A stretch of DNA of 64,000 nucleotides, from positions 18,414,001 through 18,478,000 of the forward strand of contig CM022679.1 in the NCBI GenBank assembly GCA_012295275.1, read 5' to 3'. A program made the position numbers and the translations under genes. This document shows positions 1-23,547 of this stretch, piece by piece. The notes under the pieces were generated by a model. That model ran no database searches, had not been told where the DNA came from, and was given only the letters and a program-made list of their open reading frames with translations. Each line of letters starts with the position of its first letter. Position 1 is the stretch's first letter. This DNA comes from Chrysomallon squamiferum. Its lineage: Eukaryota; Animalia; Mollusca.

Positions 1-86
1 AATGTGTTAATGTATTAATTTTATTTAAACATAAGGAATATTTAATTTAAGACCAAAGAATATCATAATACTGCTGCTGAATTATA

Positions 87-181
87 GATTATTATTATCA
101 TTATCATTATCATCATCATCATCATCATTATCATTATCATTATCATTATCATTATCATTATCATTATCATCATCATCATCA

Positions 182-217
<36 letters not shown>
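87..217. repeat. (ATT)n/(ATC)n compound microsatellite
   Basis: Direct reading. Confidence 0.95.
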
Positions 218-218
<1 letters not shown>

Positions 219-576
219 TGATGTTGTTTCAGCCATTATGCAGATACGCCTACACATGCCTTCACATTATATAATGGAATATTTATGATCCCACTTTCGA
301 CTTACAGTTATCTATTAGACATTTATATATATTATATATATAAATGTATGTATGTTTGTATAAATAGAATAGATAGATAACTAGATATGTATATAATAAC
401 AACAATTAGGGTGATAATAATAATTATAATGATGTTGATAATGGTAACATTTAAAAATAATATGTCAAATTGATAAGGAAAATTTTATCAAATATTTTTT
501 CTAATTATTGTTATTATCATCATCATCATCAAAATAAAAATAATTATAACTGTTGTTTTAACAAACAGCTGATTAC

Positions 577-12702
<12,126 letters not shown>

Positions 12703-12976
12703 TATTCCGTGGTATTTAGTTAGTTAGTGCATGATGTATATTAAGAAAGATAATAAGTACTTGAAATTTCGAATTCTGATTGGCTCGGAAAGAAAAATTC
12801 TTTAAAATATCACATTTCACTTTAGATGAGCAATCTATAGACGTCTTCTCTGCTTTGAATAATTCAGTAAAATCTGTTTTTTGTTAATTAAATATTTAAG
12901 AAAGAGTAATATCAGTGGACTATTTTGATATCAGGTTTCATGTACTGAAAGAGAAAAGATGAAAAAATCAGTTAAA

Positions 12977-13007
<31 letters not shown>

Positions 13008-13253
13008 TAACAAAAATATACACATAAATAACACATACACAGAATTCGTGTATGTGTTATTTATTTATATATTCTTGGCGAGTTTTTCTTTATTAAAAAG
13101 TAAATGATAAATAACTATTTAACAGTAGGACTTAGGCCATATGGCATACTTTTATAAAGAGAAAGAAATATGTCATTAACTGTGGTTTCATTTAGCTTTG
13201 TGCGAATGTATTTTTTCTTACAATTTTATATAGCTAAACCATGTATGTGTGTG

Positions 13254-13295
<42 letters not shown>

Positions 13296-14300
13296 CGTGG
13301 GGATGGAGTGCAGATGTATGTATATGTACGAATTGGTAGATAAGCGACAAGTCGCCCCTCGCCAGTTGTTCAAGCATTTAGTAGTGAGTTTGTCAGCCAT
13401 CTTTAGATTTTTTTTAATGTCACCTTTGCACCATTTGTAATATTTTCATTATATTATTATATGTTTATACAGGATATTATTATAAACATAATAAAGGAAA
13501 TCTGCTATAATATACATTACTTAAGTTTGGATATTGTAAATATAGTTATAACAAATTTAAATTTTAGTTTATAAAGGAAAAGCCAACTTATTTTTATTTT
13601 TAATATCTTAATTTGACTAATTCGAACATATTACATAACAAAAAAATACAATCGTACTGTAAAGTATGAAATTATAAATGAAATATTAGTCTTTGAAATT
13701 GGGAACACTAGTGTAGTGAACGAGACTGTTCCTAAGTCCTCGTGGTCTTTTAACAAATAGGACGTTTAATGGGGACTGCCTGTACTAAGTACTTTTTAAC
13801 TGAAAGAAATTAAATAATAATGAGGCTATTAAAGAAACAGAGATATGAAATATTGCTATTACTGTCGGAACTAGTACTACTACTATTGCTTATTATTATC
13901 ATTATTACAACAACATCGGCAACTACTTCAAAGGACAAAATAAGGACAGAGGAAAGCAAAAAAAAAAAAAAAAAATAAAAAATAAATAAATAAAAAATAA
14001 AAAATGTATAAAAACAAAAAGAAAAAAACCCATTTTCCTACTCAATAAGTATGCAACAAATATTGTTTTGAATCACTGCTAGAATATAAAAGTTAAAAAT
14101 CATTTCTGATGTGCTCATATTTTTTATTACTGTATACTTTTAAAATATTTATGTAATTTAACATTCTATTCAAAAATTATTATGATAAAAGTGATATTTT
14201 TAAGTAGTGATGGCGTATTGAATTTACTCGCTTACCACAATCAACATCCAAGCGTCCAGTGACAACATGTCACATTAGAGTTATTTCTTGATAATAACAC
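12703..14300 (-). other. Probable 5' UTR of gene B with an intron (acceptor before 12944, candidate donor gtaagc after 14236)
   Basis: Minus strand atcttttctctttcag|TACATG at 12944 and attgtg|gtaagc at 14236. Transcription start not determinable. Confidence 0.4.
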
Positions 14301-15331
14301 TGACATCAGCACAGTGAAGATATATATTTTTGTTTATTATTCTCAATTAGTTAACTGCTGGTAAATGGGGATTTGTTTAACATGATGTGAGTATAGTTTT
14401 ATTTTACATTTTCTAAATATATAATTTTAAATTCCCTGCTAAATGGTGTAGAGTACAAAAGTTATTATCGAAATGCTCATTAGTGATGTTAATAAAAAAC
14501 GTACTTTCTGTCTCTCACCCCACCCCCGTACACACACACTCCAGTTGCTACAAATACATTTTGGTTCACTATATTTTGGAAGAATCCAAATCAGTTCGTC
14601 AAACTTATACTGTCGTGATGCCTGTGCTAAGGTGTTCGTTTACATGTTTAAGGGTTCAGGTTTTTCGAACACTAGTAAATTTACGAATGCCAGTAATTTA
14701 TTTTCATGACGTATAATATATGCACTAGATAAATAATACATCATTAGGAGTGTAGTTCAAGTTATTTATTTATCTTCTAATAGTAAGGAAATTTTATACC
14801 GTATCTTATTCATAGCTGCTTTTTTGAACATTTTAAATTACATACATGATAAGGCAAATGGCACAACATCAAAATACACATAACATAGTTTTGTAAATGC
14901 ATAACTAAGAAAATATTTTGAGGCACATCATCTATAATATTCCATACACCAATTTATACATATATAAATAAAAACGAATATTAAAAACGGCCTAAGAATG
15001 TTTATTCTGTGGGCAGTGCCTCAGTGATGAGAATAAATACCCTTGAAGTTGTAAACTCCAATAGAGTACTAGTAGATTATCTTCTTTAGAATGATCACTG
15101 GCTGGCTGGTTGACTTCATGCGTGGAAGTGGAAGTCGTGTCTCTTATCTCTCTGTGAAAGTATATAATGTTTATTAATATTAAAGGTATTTTGTCTGTTT
15201 TATCAATGTAAATTACTGCTAAAGATACGTCAGTATGCAACATGAAATGAAAAAAAGGAAAAAATAAAAAAATAAGAGTAAAAATGTAAGTGGAGAAAGT
15301 GAACAGAAAATAAGGATAAGCAGTAGCAAAG

Positions 15332-16700
15332 ATGGTCAAGAGGTCGCCATACCGAGGATGTCAAATACACAAAATAACGAACTTGGATGTTCATCTGTAC
15401 CATTTTATCAGTCCACACCAATTCAACAGTATGTCGCTACCCAACAACCTCAGCAGTCACAATATCGACAATATGGACAGACCTGTGGATCCAACTGTCA
15501 GTATAAAATTAGATACTTTAACTAGAAAGTTAGATATAATGTGTGATAAGCTGGACAAATTGGATATGATCGAAAAACGACTGAATAGCATGGAAATAAC
15601 TGTACAAGATATGAGTGGTAAGATTATTGATATTAAGAAAAAAGTACAAGGTATGGAAACGGGTATGAATTACATTAACGAACAGTTTGAAAGGAATAAA
15701 AAAGATATCGGAGATATAAATCTGTTGTGTTAGATATGAACAGTTCTACCCGTGAAATGAGAGATAATAATAACAGTATGAAACAACAAATATGTGAATT
15801 AAAAACCGAGTTTTGAAACTTAAGAAAAAACCATAATGACCTACAAACTCGCTTCATGCGTGATCAGTCATTGCCTGATCATGTAACACCAATAGAAGAG
15901 TTACACACTCAAAGCCAAGAAACTACTAATGATATTTTGAACAAGCCTTTTTCAGCCGAGGAAATATCTAGAGCAATAAACAGACGCCATTGTAATCGAT
16001 CAGCTGGAGAAGACTTTATTATTAATGAATATATTAAGCGTACTGCTAATGTTATGTTACATTTATATGTACTATTGTTTAATGTTATGCTTGACACAGC
16101 AATTATACCATCCGATTGGTTAATGGGACTCATCGAGGTGCTCGAAATGACCCTGAAAATTATAGACCTATTACATTATTAAGCGGTTTAGGTAAATTAT
16201 TTACATCTGTATTTAATTCTAGATTAAACAGCTATGCAGATGAAACAAACCTGATTCTAGAAAATCATGCTGGATATCGTAAAAATTATTCAACGTCAGA
16301 CCATATATTTTCTTTATACTCGTTAATTATTTTAATGAACAAATGTAAAAAGAAATTGTATTGCCCTCTCAAAAGAATGCTAATGACGTATGTAAATTTA
16401 GAACCGCGAATGCTAAACTTCCTACTGAAACTAAACGATGGTCTACTTTTCTAAGAGAAAACAGAAAATGTCATATCAGTAATCTTAACAAAACTGGAGA
16501 TGAATATCATTATGTATTTGAATGCAATGATCCTATATTATTAAATGCGAGAAAAGGTATACCAGATAAATATATGAGACATACAAATATAATTTCATAT
16601 AATAATTTGTTTAACACTAAAAATATATTTGTATTAAAAAAGCTATGTTGTTAATAACAACTATATGTGAGAGAGTATGTCCTCCTTCCACGCATATGTA
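15332..16700 (+). mobile_element. Internally deleted LINE relic (coiled-coil ORF1 fragment plus ORF2 RT fragments, RTE-X-like)
   Basis: ORF1-like heptads LDTLTRKLDIMCDKLDKLDMIEKRLNSME; ORF2 pieces PFSAEEISRAI...SAGEDFIINEYIK, DPENYRPITLLSGLGKLFTSV, HAGYRKNYSTSDHIF; C-terminal KFRTANAKLPTET...RKC...GDEYHYVFEC. Frameshifts and stops. Confidence 0.85.
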
Positions 16701-17129
16701 TTTTAATTTTCTTATTATATAGCTGTAATACATTCTTCTCTGTACTACAGTGTCTTTCTCCTCGTTGTTCTCCGTGGTCTCTGGGCTCTTTTGTCTTTTA
16801 CTTAAATAAATATGTCGCGGACTTCCTTGAATACATATTTAATTAATACTTACTGTTAGGAATATTTGTAGAAACGAATGGGAACATATTTACTTACTTT
16901 AATCATATATGCAGGTTAATTTCGAGATGTTAGACTGTATTAAAGTAAGCTATTTAGGTAAATACTAAATATGTTACCGAAATTCTCAAATTCTGTACCT
17001 TAATACTAAAACAGTATAAAATATTATAATAAGAAAAAAAAGCTACAAGCGGATTCTACAAGTAGGTATAATCTAAATTGCGATCCGTGGTTTAATAAGG
17101 AAATTAGGACCATTTTTCTAATTTAAACA

Positions 17130-17540
17130 AACACAGAAAACACTACATCTAAATATCGCTGAGAAAACTTTCTACAGCTTGATTGAAGCCCTAAAGTCAT
17201 GGACAGAGCTAAAATGGAAACAACGCCAATTCCTAAAATTTACGCCGATGAGATTTCTAATCTCAGGAAAAACCACGACTTTGTTCGTAATGAATAGTTA
17301 GCCGAGATTCCACGTTTTAGTGCCATTAAGACGATACTGTATCGACAGTGACACAAATCCCTACCCCGACTACCCCAGACAAAACAGGATATCAATTTAG
17401 AAGGAGAGAGGACCCGCACCGAGGGAGGAGATCCTTTTCTACACCGAACTGAAGGAGGAGACCTAATACTGATCTTCACAACTGACAAGAACTTGGAGTT
17501 GTTGTGTGACGCAGATGTTGTATTACCAGATGGATCATTT
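17130..17540 (+). mobile_element. Mutator-like (MULE) transposase relic
   Basis: Plus-strand TTPIPKIYADE...IPRFSAIKTILYRQ*HKSLPRLPQT...GDPFL...LILIFTTDKNLELLCDADVVLPDGSF matches the region leading to the MULE catalytic DGTF motif; in-frame stops. Confidence 0.7.
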
Positions 17541-17546
17541 ATTTAC

Positions 17547-17581
<35 letters not shown>

Positions 17582-17609
17582 TTAGTACTGTAATACCCAA
17601 AACGTAACC

Positions 17610-17700
17610 AGCGATATGAATTCGGATTAACCTCGATCGGTAGAGCCTTTCTAATGGGATCGAACCTTCTTAGTGGACCCATTGGGGTGTTTTTGTTTTT
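17610..17700 (+). mobile_element. Possible tRNA-derived SINE head remnant
   Basis: Box A-like CTCGATCGGTAGAG and box B-like GGGATCGAACC followed by GTGGACCCATTGGG; too degenerate to fold as a tRNA. Confidence 0.35.
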
Positions 17701-19389
17701 GTTGTTATTGGTGCGTGTATGTGTGAGAGAGAGAGTGAGAGAGAGCGAGAGAGAGAGAAAGTGGAGGCACTGAAGATGAATTCTTATGCATCAAATGTTT
17801 ATTTTATAATATTTAAAGAAATATTTATATACAAGACCATCTACTTTTAACATAATCAATCTTTTGTCTTCAAAAAATAAAAAAACAAACTTTAAGGAAT
17901 TTTGATAAATATGTAATTTAGTTTGCAACTATATACATATAACAACTATATGTTTATATTTTTATCATCCTAATTCTTACGTTTAACTTGTTTTCCTGTG
18001 TTTGTATACTGTAATCTATTACACAACTGTTTCTGTTTTATATCTACATTCTGGTGTGTTTTGTGTTTATAGTCATGCTGACTTTGGCAAATACATTTAC
18101 TGAACTGAAATTGAATTGTAATAATAATAGTAGTAGTAGTAATAGATGCGGTACAGTATCATCTCGTTGTTACCTTTTGACTGCGCACACCGTCAGCCAG
18201 GTAAAACGGCAATTAACGAGTACAGGGACATCGACAGATCATCACTGGTACATTTCAGCTTTATCCACTAAGTAGACAAATTTTAAGATCATTTATACAA
18301 GTTGTCGACTTCGAGGGCCATAACCATATGGTTAAGGGCCCTACTGTTGGAGGTAAAAAACGGTTTACCGTAATACTAGGGTGCTTGTTATCAAGTCTAG
18401 GGAATATAGGCGTTTAGAACAACACCACAGGGATTAGTTTTAAACTATGATAGTTACTTATTATCATGATGGTATGATATTTCCACTAGATAAATAACAA
18501 ATTAACAAGAATGCAGCTAGTTTTTTTTTTTTTTTTTTTTAATTTACAAACACATTTTATAATAATATACAAGAAAATAAACACAACTAAATTATTATGG
18601 TTTTGGGAAAAACTGAGCTTGAATACAAAATCAGCTGAATTCTAATTAAAGACGGAATCGGTAACGTGAGAATTCAGTAATTGTTAATATCAGTTTATAT
18701 ATAAGTTAATGACACAAATTACACTGCCTAATGACGGTATAAAAAACCAATGGAGAAAAGTATATTACCACAACCCCTCTGACAAATGCTTACCAAAACA
18801 AGGCCAAAGTTTCAAGATGTTCTTCCGTGACCATAACATACATCATACGTAACCAACATGTTGTGCAACGGCCCTCTAGTCGCCTCTGCTTCTCAGACCC
18901 AGAACCCCGAGTTTTCGTTGATACCAGTATATACTGGCTTCCTGCCGACGTCGTGAAAACCGCGGAATCAAAGAGAAAACAAAAGCCAATTGGTGGACAA
19001 ATCTCAAAGTTGTATCAGTTTGTCTCACGAAAGAAGCTATATCATGGCCGCCTATTTACTTTAGAATTTAAAAAATACCTTCAGTATTTCGTCAACGCGT
19101 ATTTTCCCGTAAAAGTGTATTATTGATAGTCAAACAGTACTTAATTATTTGCCTAAATCCGCAGTCAAAGGCAGTTTATTTAGTTATTATAAATACATAT
19201 TTATTTAATATTTGTCGTTGATTTATCTTTTCTCTATTTCACATATAGAGACCAGACAATCTGAAGATTATATTCGCATACAAATTAGCACTTTAATAAA
19301 ATATCTGTCGTATTTGCAAAAGAAATATTAAACAAAGACGAGATTATCCATCTTTGTCATTAATATATTTTTTTCTTCTTTTACTACAG

Positions 19390-22300
19390 ATAAATCATGT
19401 TTCAACAACAAAGGAAAGGAAAAGAAAAACAAGAAGTTTAACCTTTGGACTTTATGAAATAAAAATGAAACTCGTGGAAATATCTTCATCTGAAGACAAG
19501 CAGTCACTACCAGCAAATACAAAAGCTGTAGGTCTACATGGTCAAAACATCACTCAAGTGAAGATTTCTGAACACTCAGATACTTCAGATTATGATGTCT
19601 GTGAATCATATCATAGCGATGATGACAGTATTGACATACATAGTAACTACGGTTACACAACTGCTTTACATGCTGTATATGAACGAGAAGAGATATATTC
19701 TATAACCAGTAAATACGACAATACAGCTGAGTCCTACAGTAATAAGTGTCGATTAAAACAGTCGGATGTCATATCCACCGAAAGATCACAGTGCAGCTTG
19801 CATTATAACGACAAAATCAGTGATGATTGCCAACAGAAAGTCCCCGATGTTGAGAAGATAAAAGAGAAACAGATGTTGAAAGTAATGCAAGAGATTGTTC
19901 TCTACGTCGTTTTTCTTTTATTACAAATGAGTGTGACGTACAGGACTGTGACGCCAGAGAGTTATCTGATGAGTGTGAATTTAGAAAATATATTTATTAA
20001 TGAGAAAGCCAACACACAAATGTTATTTAACAACGTAAGTACTTACACATACACATACATATAAACATACATACATACATACATATTCTTGTATTAGAAA
20101 TTTCATTATTTTAATAATGATTGTCATTTACAGTATCAGTTTTAATGTTTGATATATATATATATATATACATATATATTTTATGATTAATAAATTATAT
20201 CTAAACATATGAGAAATACCAGTAAATAATTCAAGTATTATGGAATATAGTGGATGCTTTAGAGAGAAACCGAAGATCACAATTTGAATTTACACAGAAA
20301 AATGTACTTGTCGGTTTATTAGTGTAGTTTTTGCCTTACCATGCTCTTCCCAGTAAATTTAATCATAGTCATGCTGACAGACACCATAATACTTTCTTTT
20401 TTTTAACTAAAAATGTTTCTGAAAAGAATAAGTTAGAATCATTATAGTTTAATAGATTTTTTTCTTGATATTTACTTACAAAATTATTAACAACTTTTTT
20501 TCTTCAGATGAGGAACGTGGATGAATTCTGGATGTGGGTTCGCACTGGATTTCTGAACGGTTTGCAGGTTAACAGAGAATACAATAGCGTTTCTCCTTCA
20601 ACACTTCCAGGCTATATCAATGACGGAGTTTCCTTCATTGTGGGATTTGCAACAATGCGACAACTGCGTGTAAGACCAGGTATATTTTTATTTTATAAAT
20701 ATAATCTCTAGGTAGAAACAAAAACAAAACATTAAAAAAAATAATAATAATAAAAAAAATTAAAATAACCGAACAACTCCTCCCCGAAGAAGAAAAACAC
20801 AAACGATTCAGCCAAAATGAACATGTTTACCTTTTATTTTTTAGTTTAATCCAGGCATGAATAAATTAATATAGTACATCTTAGAAAAGACATGGTAAAG
20901 GCAATAAAGTATGTACGGCACAACGTGAGCTTCTGGCACATTGGAATATTATTTAAAAAGATGAAAAATAATATAGAATATGCAATGAAATATTAACAAT
21001 AATTACTTATTAAAACGTTGTATGTATACAACTGTTGATGTAGACCTTGATGAAATCAATATAGAAGAAAAGGGGAATCTAAAAAAAAAGAAAAATAAGG
21101 AATAAATGATAAATCATTTTGTTTCAGTCAACCGTAATTTCTATTTTTTTCATAGGTTTATGCAAGACATCTTATCTACTTAGAGACATCATACATGAAT
21201 GTAACGATTATTACAAATCTTCTAGAAAAGATAGACGCACATATGGACCTGGCTGGGTATCACTTCCAAAAAATGTGACAGCTGACAACTCCAAGAAAAC
21301 ACCATATATATATCGATCAGCTCACACCATCCAGGGGTATCCATACTGGGGACAACGCCAAGTTTATGGAGGGGGTGGCTACTTGGTGGAACTCAAAGGA
21401 AATCGTAGCGCTGTGCAGCAAGTGCTTGCTACTCTAGAATCTCAAGGATGGATCGACCAGTACACAAGAGTTGTGTTTATCGAGTTTACAGTGTATAATC
21501 CTAATGTTAATTACTTTTGTATTGCTACTATTCTGGTAGAATTTGAACGCACGGGAGCTACACTTCAATCATATCGTTTCGAGCCAGCCATGCTACTGAC
21601 ATATAGGTCTCACGCCATGATATTTCAAGTGATTTGTGAAATAGCATTTTTTGCATTCACTGTTTCATTTCTTGTCATTCAGATTCGTAACATTATCCGA
21701 CAGAGAATGAAATATTTTAACTATTTTTGGCACTACTTTGAACTTACTACGATATTTTGTGCCATAATAGCTATCGTGGTGTATTTTTACCGATTTGCTG
21801 CGACGAAACAATTGACTCGACAAATAAATAAAACTCGTGGAACAAAGTACATAAAATTTCAATATGTTGGTTACTGGAATGCGTTCTTCTACTATATATT
21901 TGGATGGGTAGTTTTCTTTGGCGTTCTAAAATTCATAAAACTCCTACGTTTTAACAAGAGAATGTTCATGTTGTCCGGTACATGGAGATATGGCGCAAAA
22001 AGTCTTTCTCATTTTGGGGTGATTTTCTGGTTAACTTTCATGGCATTTGCTCAGCTATTCTACTTAACATTCATGTCAACAATGTATTCCTTCCGGCATA
22101 TCATGGCGTCCACTGAATCATGTTTTACCATATTGCTCGGCATTTTCGATATTTACACAATGACAGTGATTTCACCAATACTCTCCAAGTTCTATATCTT
22201 TTTTTTCGTTCTAACCATTGGATTTGTCGTTCTCAATATGTTTATGTCCATTCTCAATGAAACATTTGCTCGTGTCAGAGAGGAAATACAGAGAAGACAA

Positions 22301-22690
22301 AACAAATATGAAATTATCGAATTTCTTGGCCAAAAAATTCGAACAACACCAAAACATTTGAATAACAAACTAAGACAACTGGCACGCTCGAGTAAACGAC
22401 TTAAATTAAATAAGATGGATAATTTCTTGAACAGCATGTACAAGTCACGGGTCCGCATGCACAGAGAGGAACTAAGCCAGACAATGAATAGGAAACAGCT
22501 TTCACAGGTAATAAAATTCAAAAATGAGGATTCAGTGGTTGCAGATAAACTGGAGGGGAATATTAACTCAAATAATGTACAAAAACAGATTTGCAAGTCA
22601 AACGATCCAGTTTATACTTTGCAGATGTGTCATGCTGTTTGTGCAAAATTCGATTCCGTGAAGCCAGCTGAGAAACCAGCTGTCATTTAA
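19390..22690 (+). CDS. Gene C: stand-alone polycystin cation-channel module (S1-TOP-S2-S6, TRPP-like topology) derived from a PKD1-like 3' end
   Basis: Exons 19390-20034 (first in-frame ATG 19465), 20508-20679 and 21156-22690, open throughout, about 760 aa from that ATG. Motifs MQEIVLY, FWMW, MRQLRV, YGGGGY, GWIDQYTRVVFIEFTVYNPN, IKLLRFNKR, VLNMFMSILNETF. Introns at the same codon positions and phases as the last two introns of gene A. Confidence 0.9.
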
Positions 22691-22844
22691 AGATGATGTC
22701 ATACAATTATAATTATTTAGCACAAATTTATATATATACATTATTTGCTAAAAGACTATTTTCTCTAATGCACCATATGAAGTAAAAATGTTTTAGTTTC
22801 TATCACCGAAAATTATGAAGATTTCTTGTTGATTTCTTTGTCTA

Positions 22845-22850
22845 AATAAA
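22845..22850 (+). promoter_or_regulatory. Candidate polyadenylation signal of gene C
   Basis: AATAAA about 155 nt after the stop, followed by a T/GT-rich tract (22855-22915). Confidence 0.45.
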
Positions 22851-23508
22851 ACATCATTTTCTTTCTTTCTCTTTAAACTTGCTTTTCAGGTTTGTGTTTG
22901 TTTTTGTGTTTGTAGATATTTTTTAAGTTCTGCTTTCTATTTCTTGCATTGTTTCCATGCTTAAGATTTGTCAGCAACTTCAAGACATTTTGAAAAGGAA
23001 AAAAACAACAAATTCTGATTAAATATTAATGCCAGAAAATTCAACTTTTCTTATTGATTTTTGTCATTTAAACGTCGGTATTATATTTTTCGAAATTGAT
23101 TTCATAAATAATTACATGTAATTTGATAGTGATATCCTTTGTACGTGATCGATTTTAATACGGAAACAAACTGGTTTTAACATAATAACTGATAAAGCAA
23201 AAGAGTAAACCCATTTAATCAGCAGCAAAAACTATTTAGTGTATTTGTGTTACGTATATGATACATATGAATGCATACACACACACACACACAGAATCAT
23301 TTGCACTCTCGCACGCATGTATTATATATGCACACATCCATCCTTCCACCCTTCTATCTATATTTGGTCTTTAAGAATAATAATAATAATTAGCGGTAAT
23401 GATAAAGCTGATGTTATCAAACACTTCAAACGTTAACAAAAACAAACAAACGATTGACGACTATTTTATTGATTATTATCTGTAGCATACAAAGCAATTT
23501 CATAATGT

Positions 23509-23547
<39 letters not shown>

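Noticed and set aside
14252-14266. RFX X-box-like GTTGTC-ACT-GGACGC near the putative gene B 5' end
   Set aside because: One half-site deviates from consensus and the start site is unknown; cannot be distinguished from chance.
17610-17700. tRNA gene
   Set aside because: Only box A/B-like fragments and no cloverleaf; better treated as a SINE remnant.
22192-22596. Antisense ORFs overlapping real exons (also 10016-10300, 28971-29237, 37410-37658, 53413-53640)
   Set aside because: Shadow frames of polycystin exons with no recognisable motifs.
19390-22690. Gene C as a canonical PKD2/TRPP2 ortholog
   Set aside because: No acidic filter Asp, no recognisable EF-hand tail, and intron positions plus unusual motifs are shared with the adjacent PKD1-like gene A.
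19390-22690. Gene C as a processed or decayed pseudogene
   Set aside because: Introns are retained with canonical sites, and no stops or frameshifts were seen despite heavy divergence.
22676-22690. C-terminal PAVI of gene C as a PDZ-binding motif
   Set aside because: Weak match to class II consensus with no conservation evidence.
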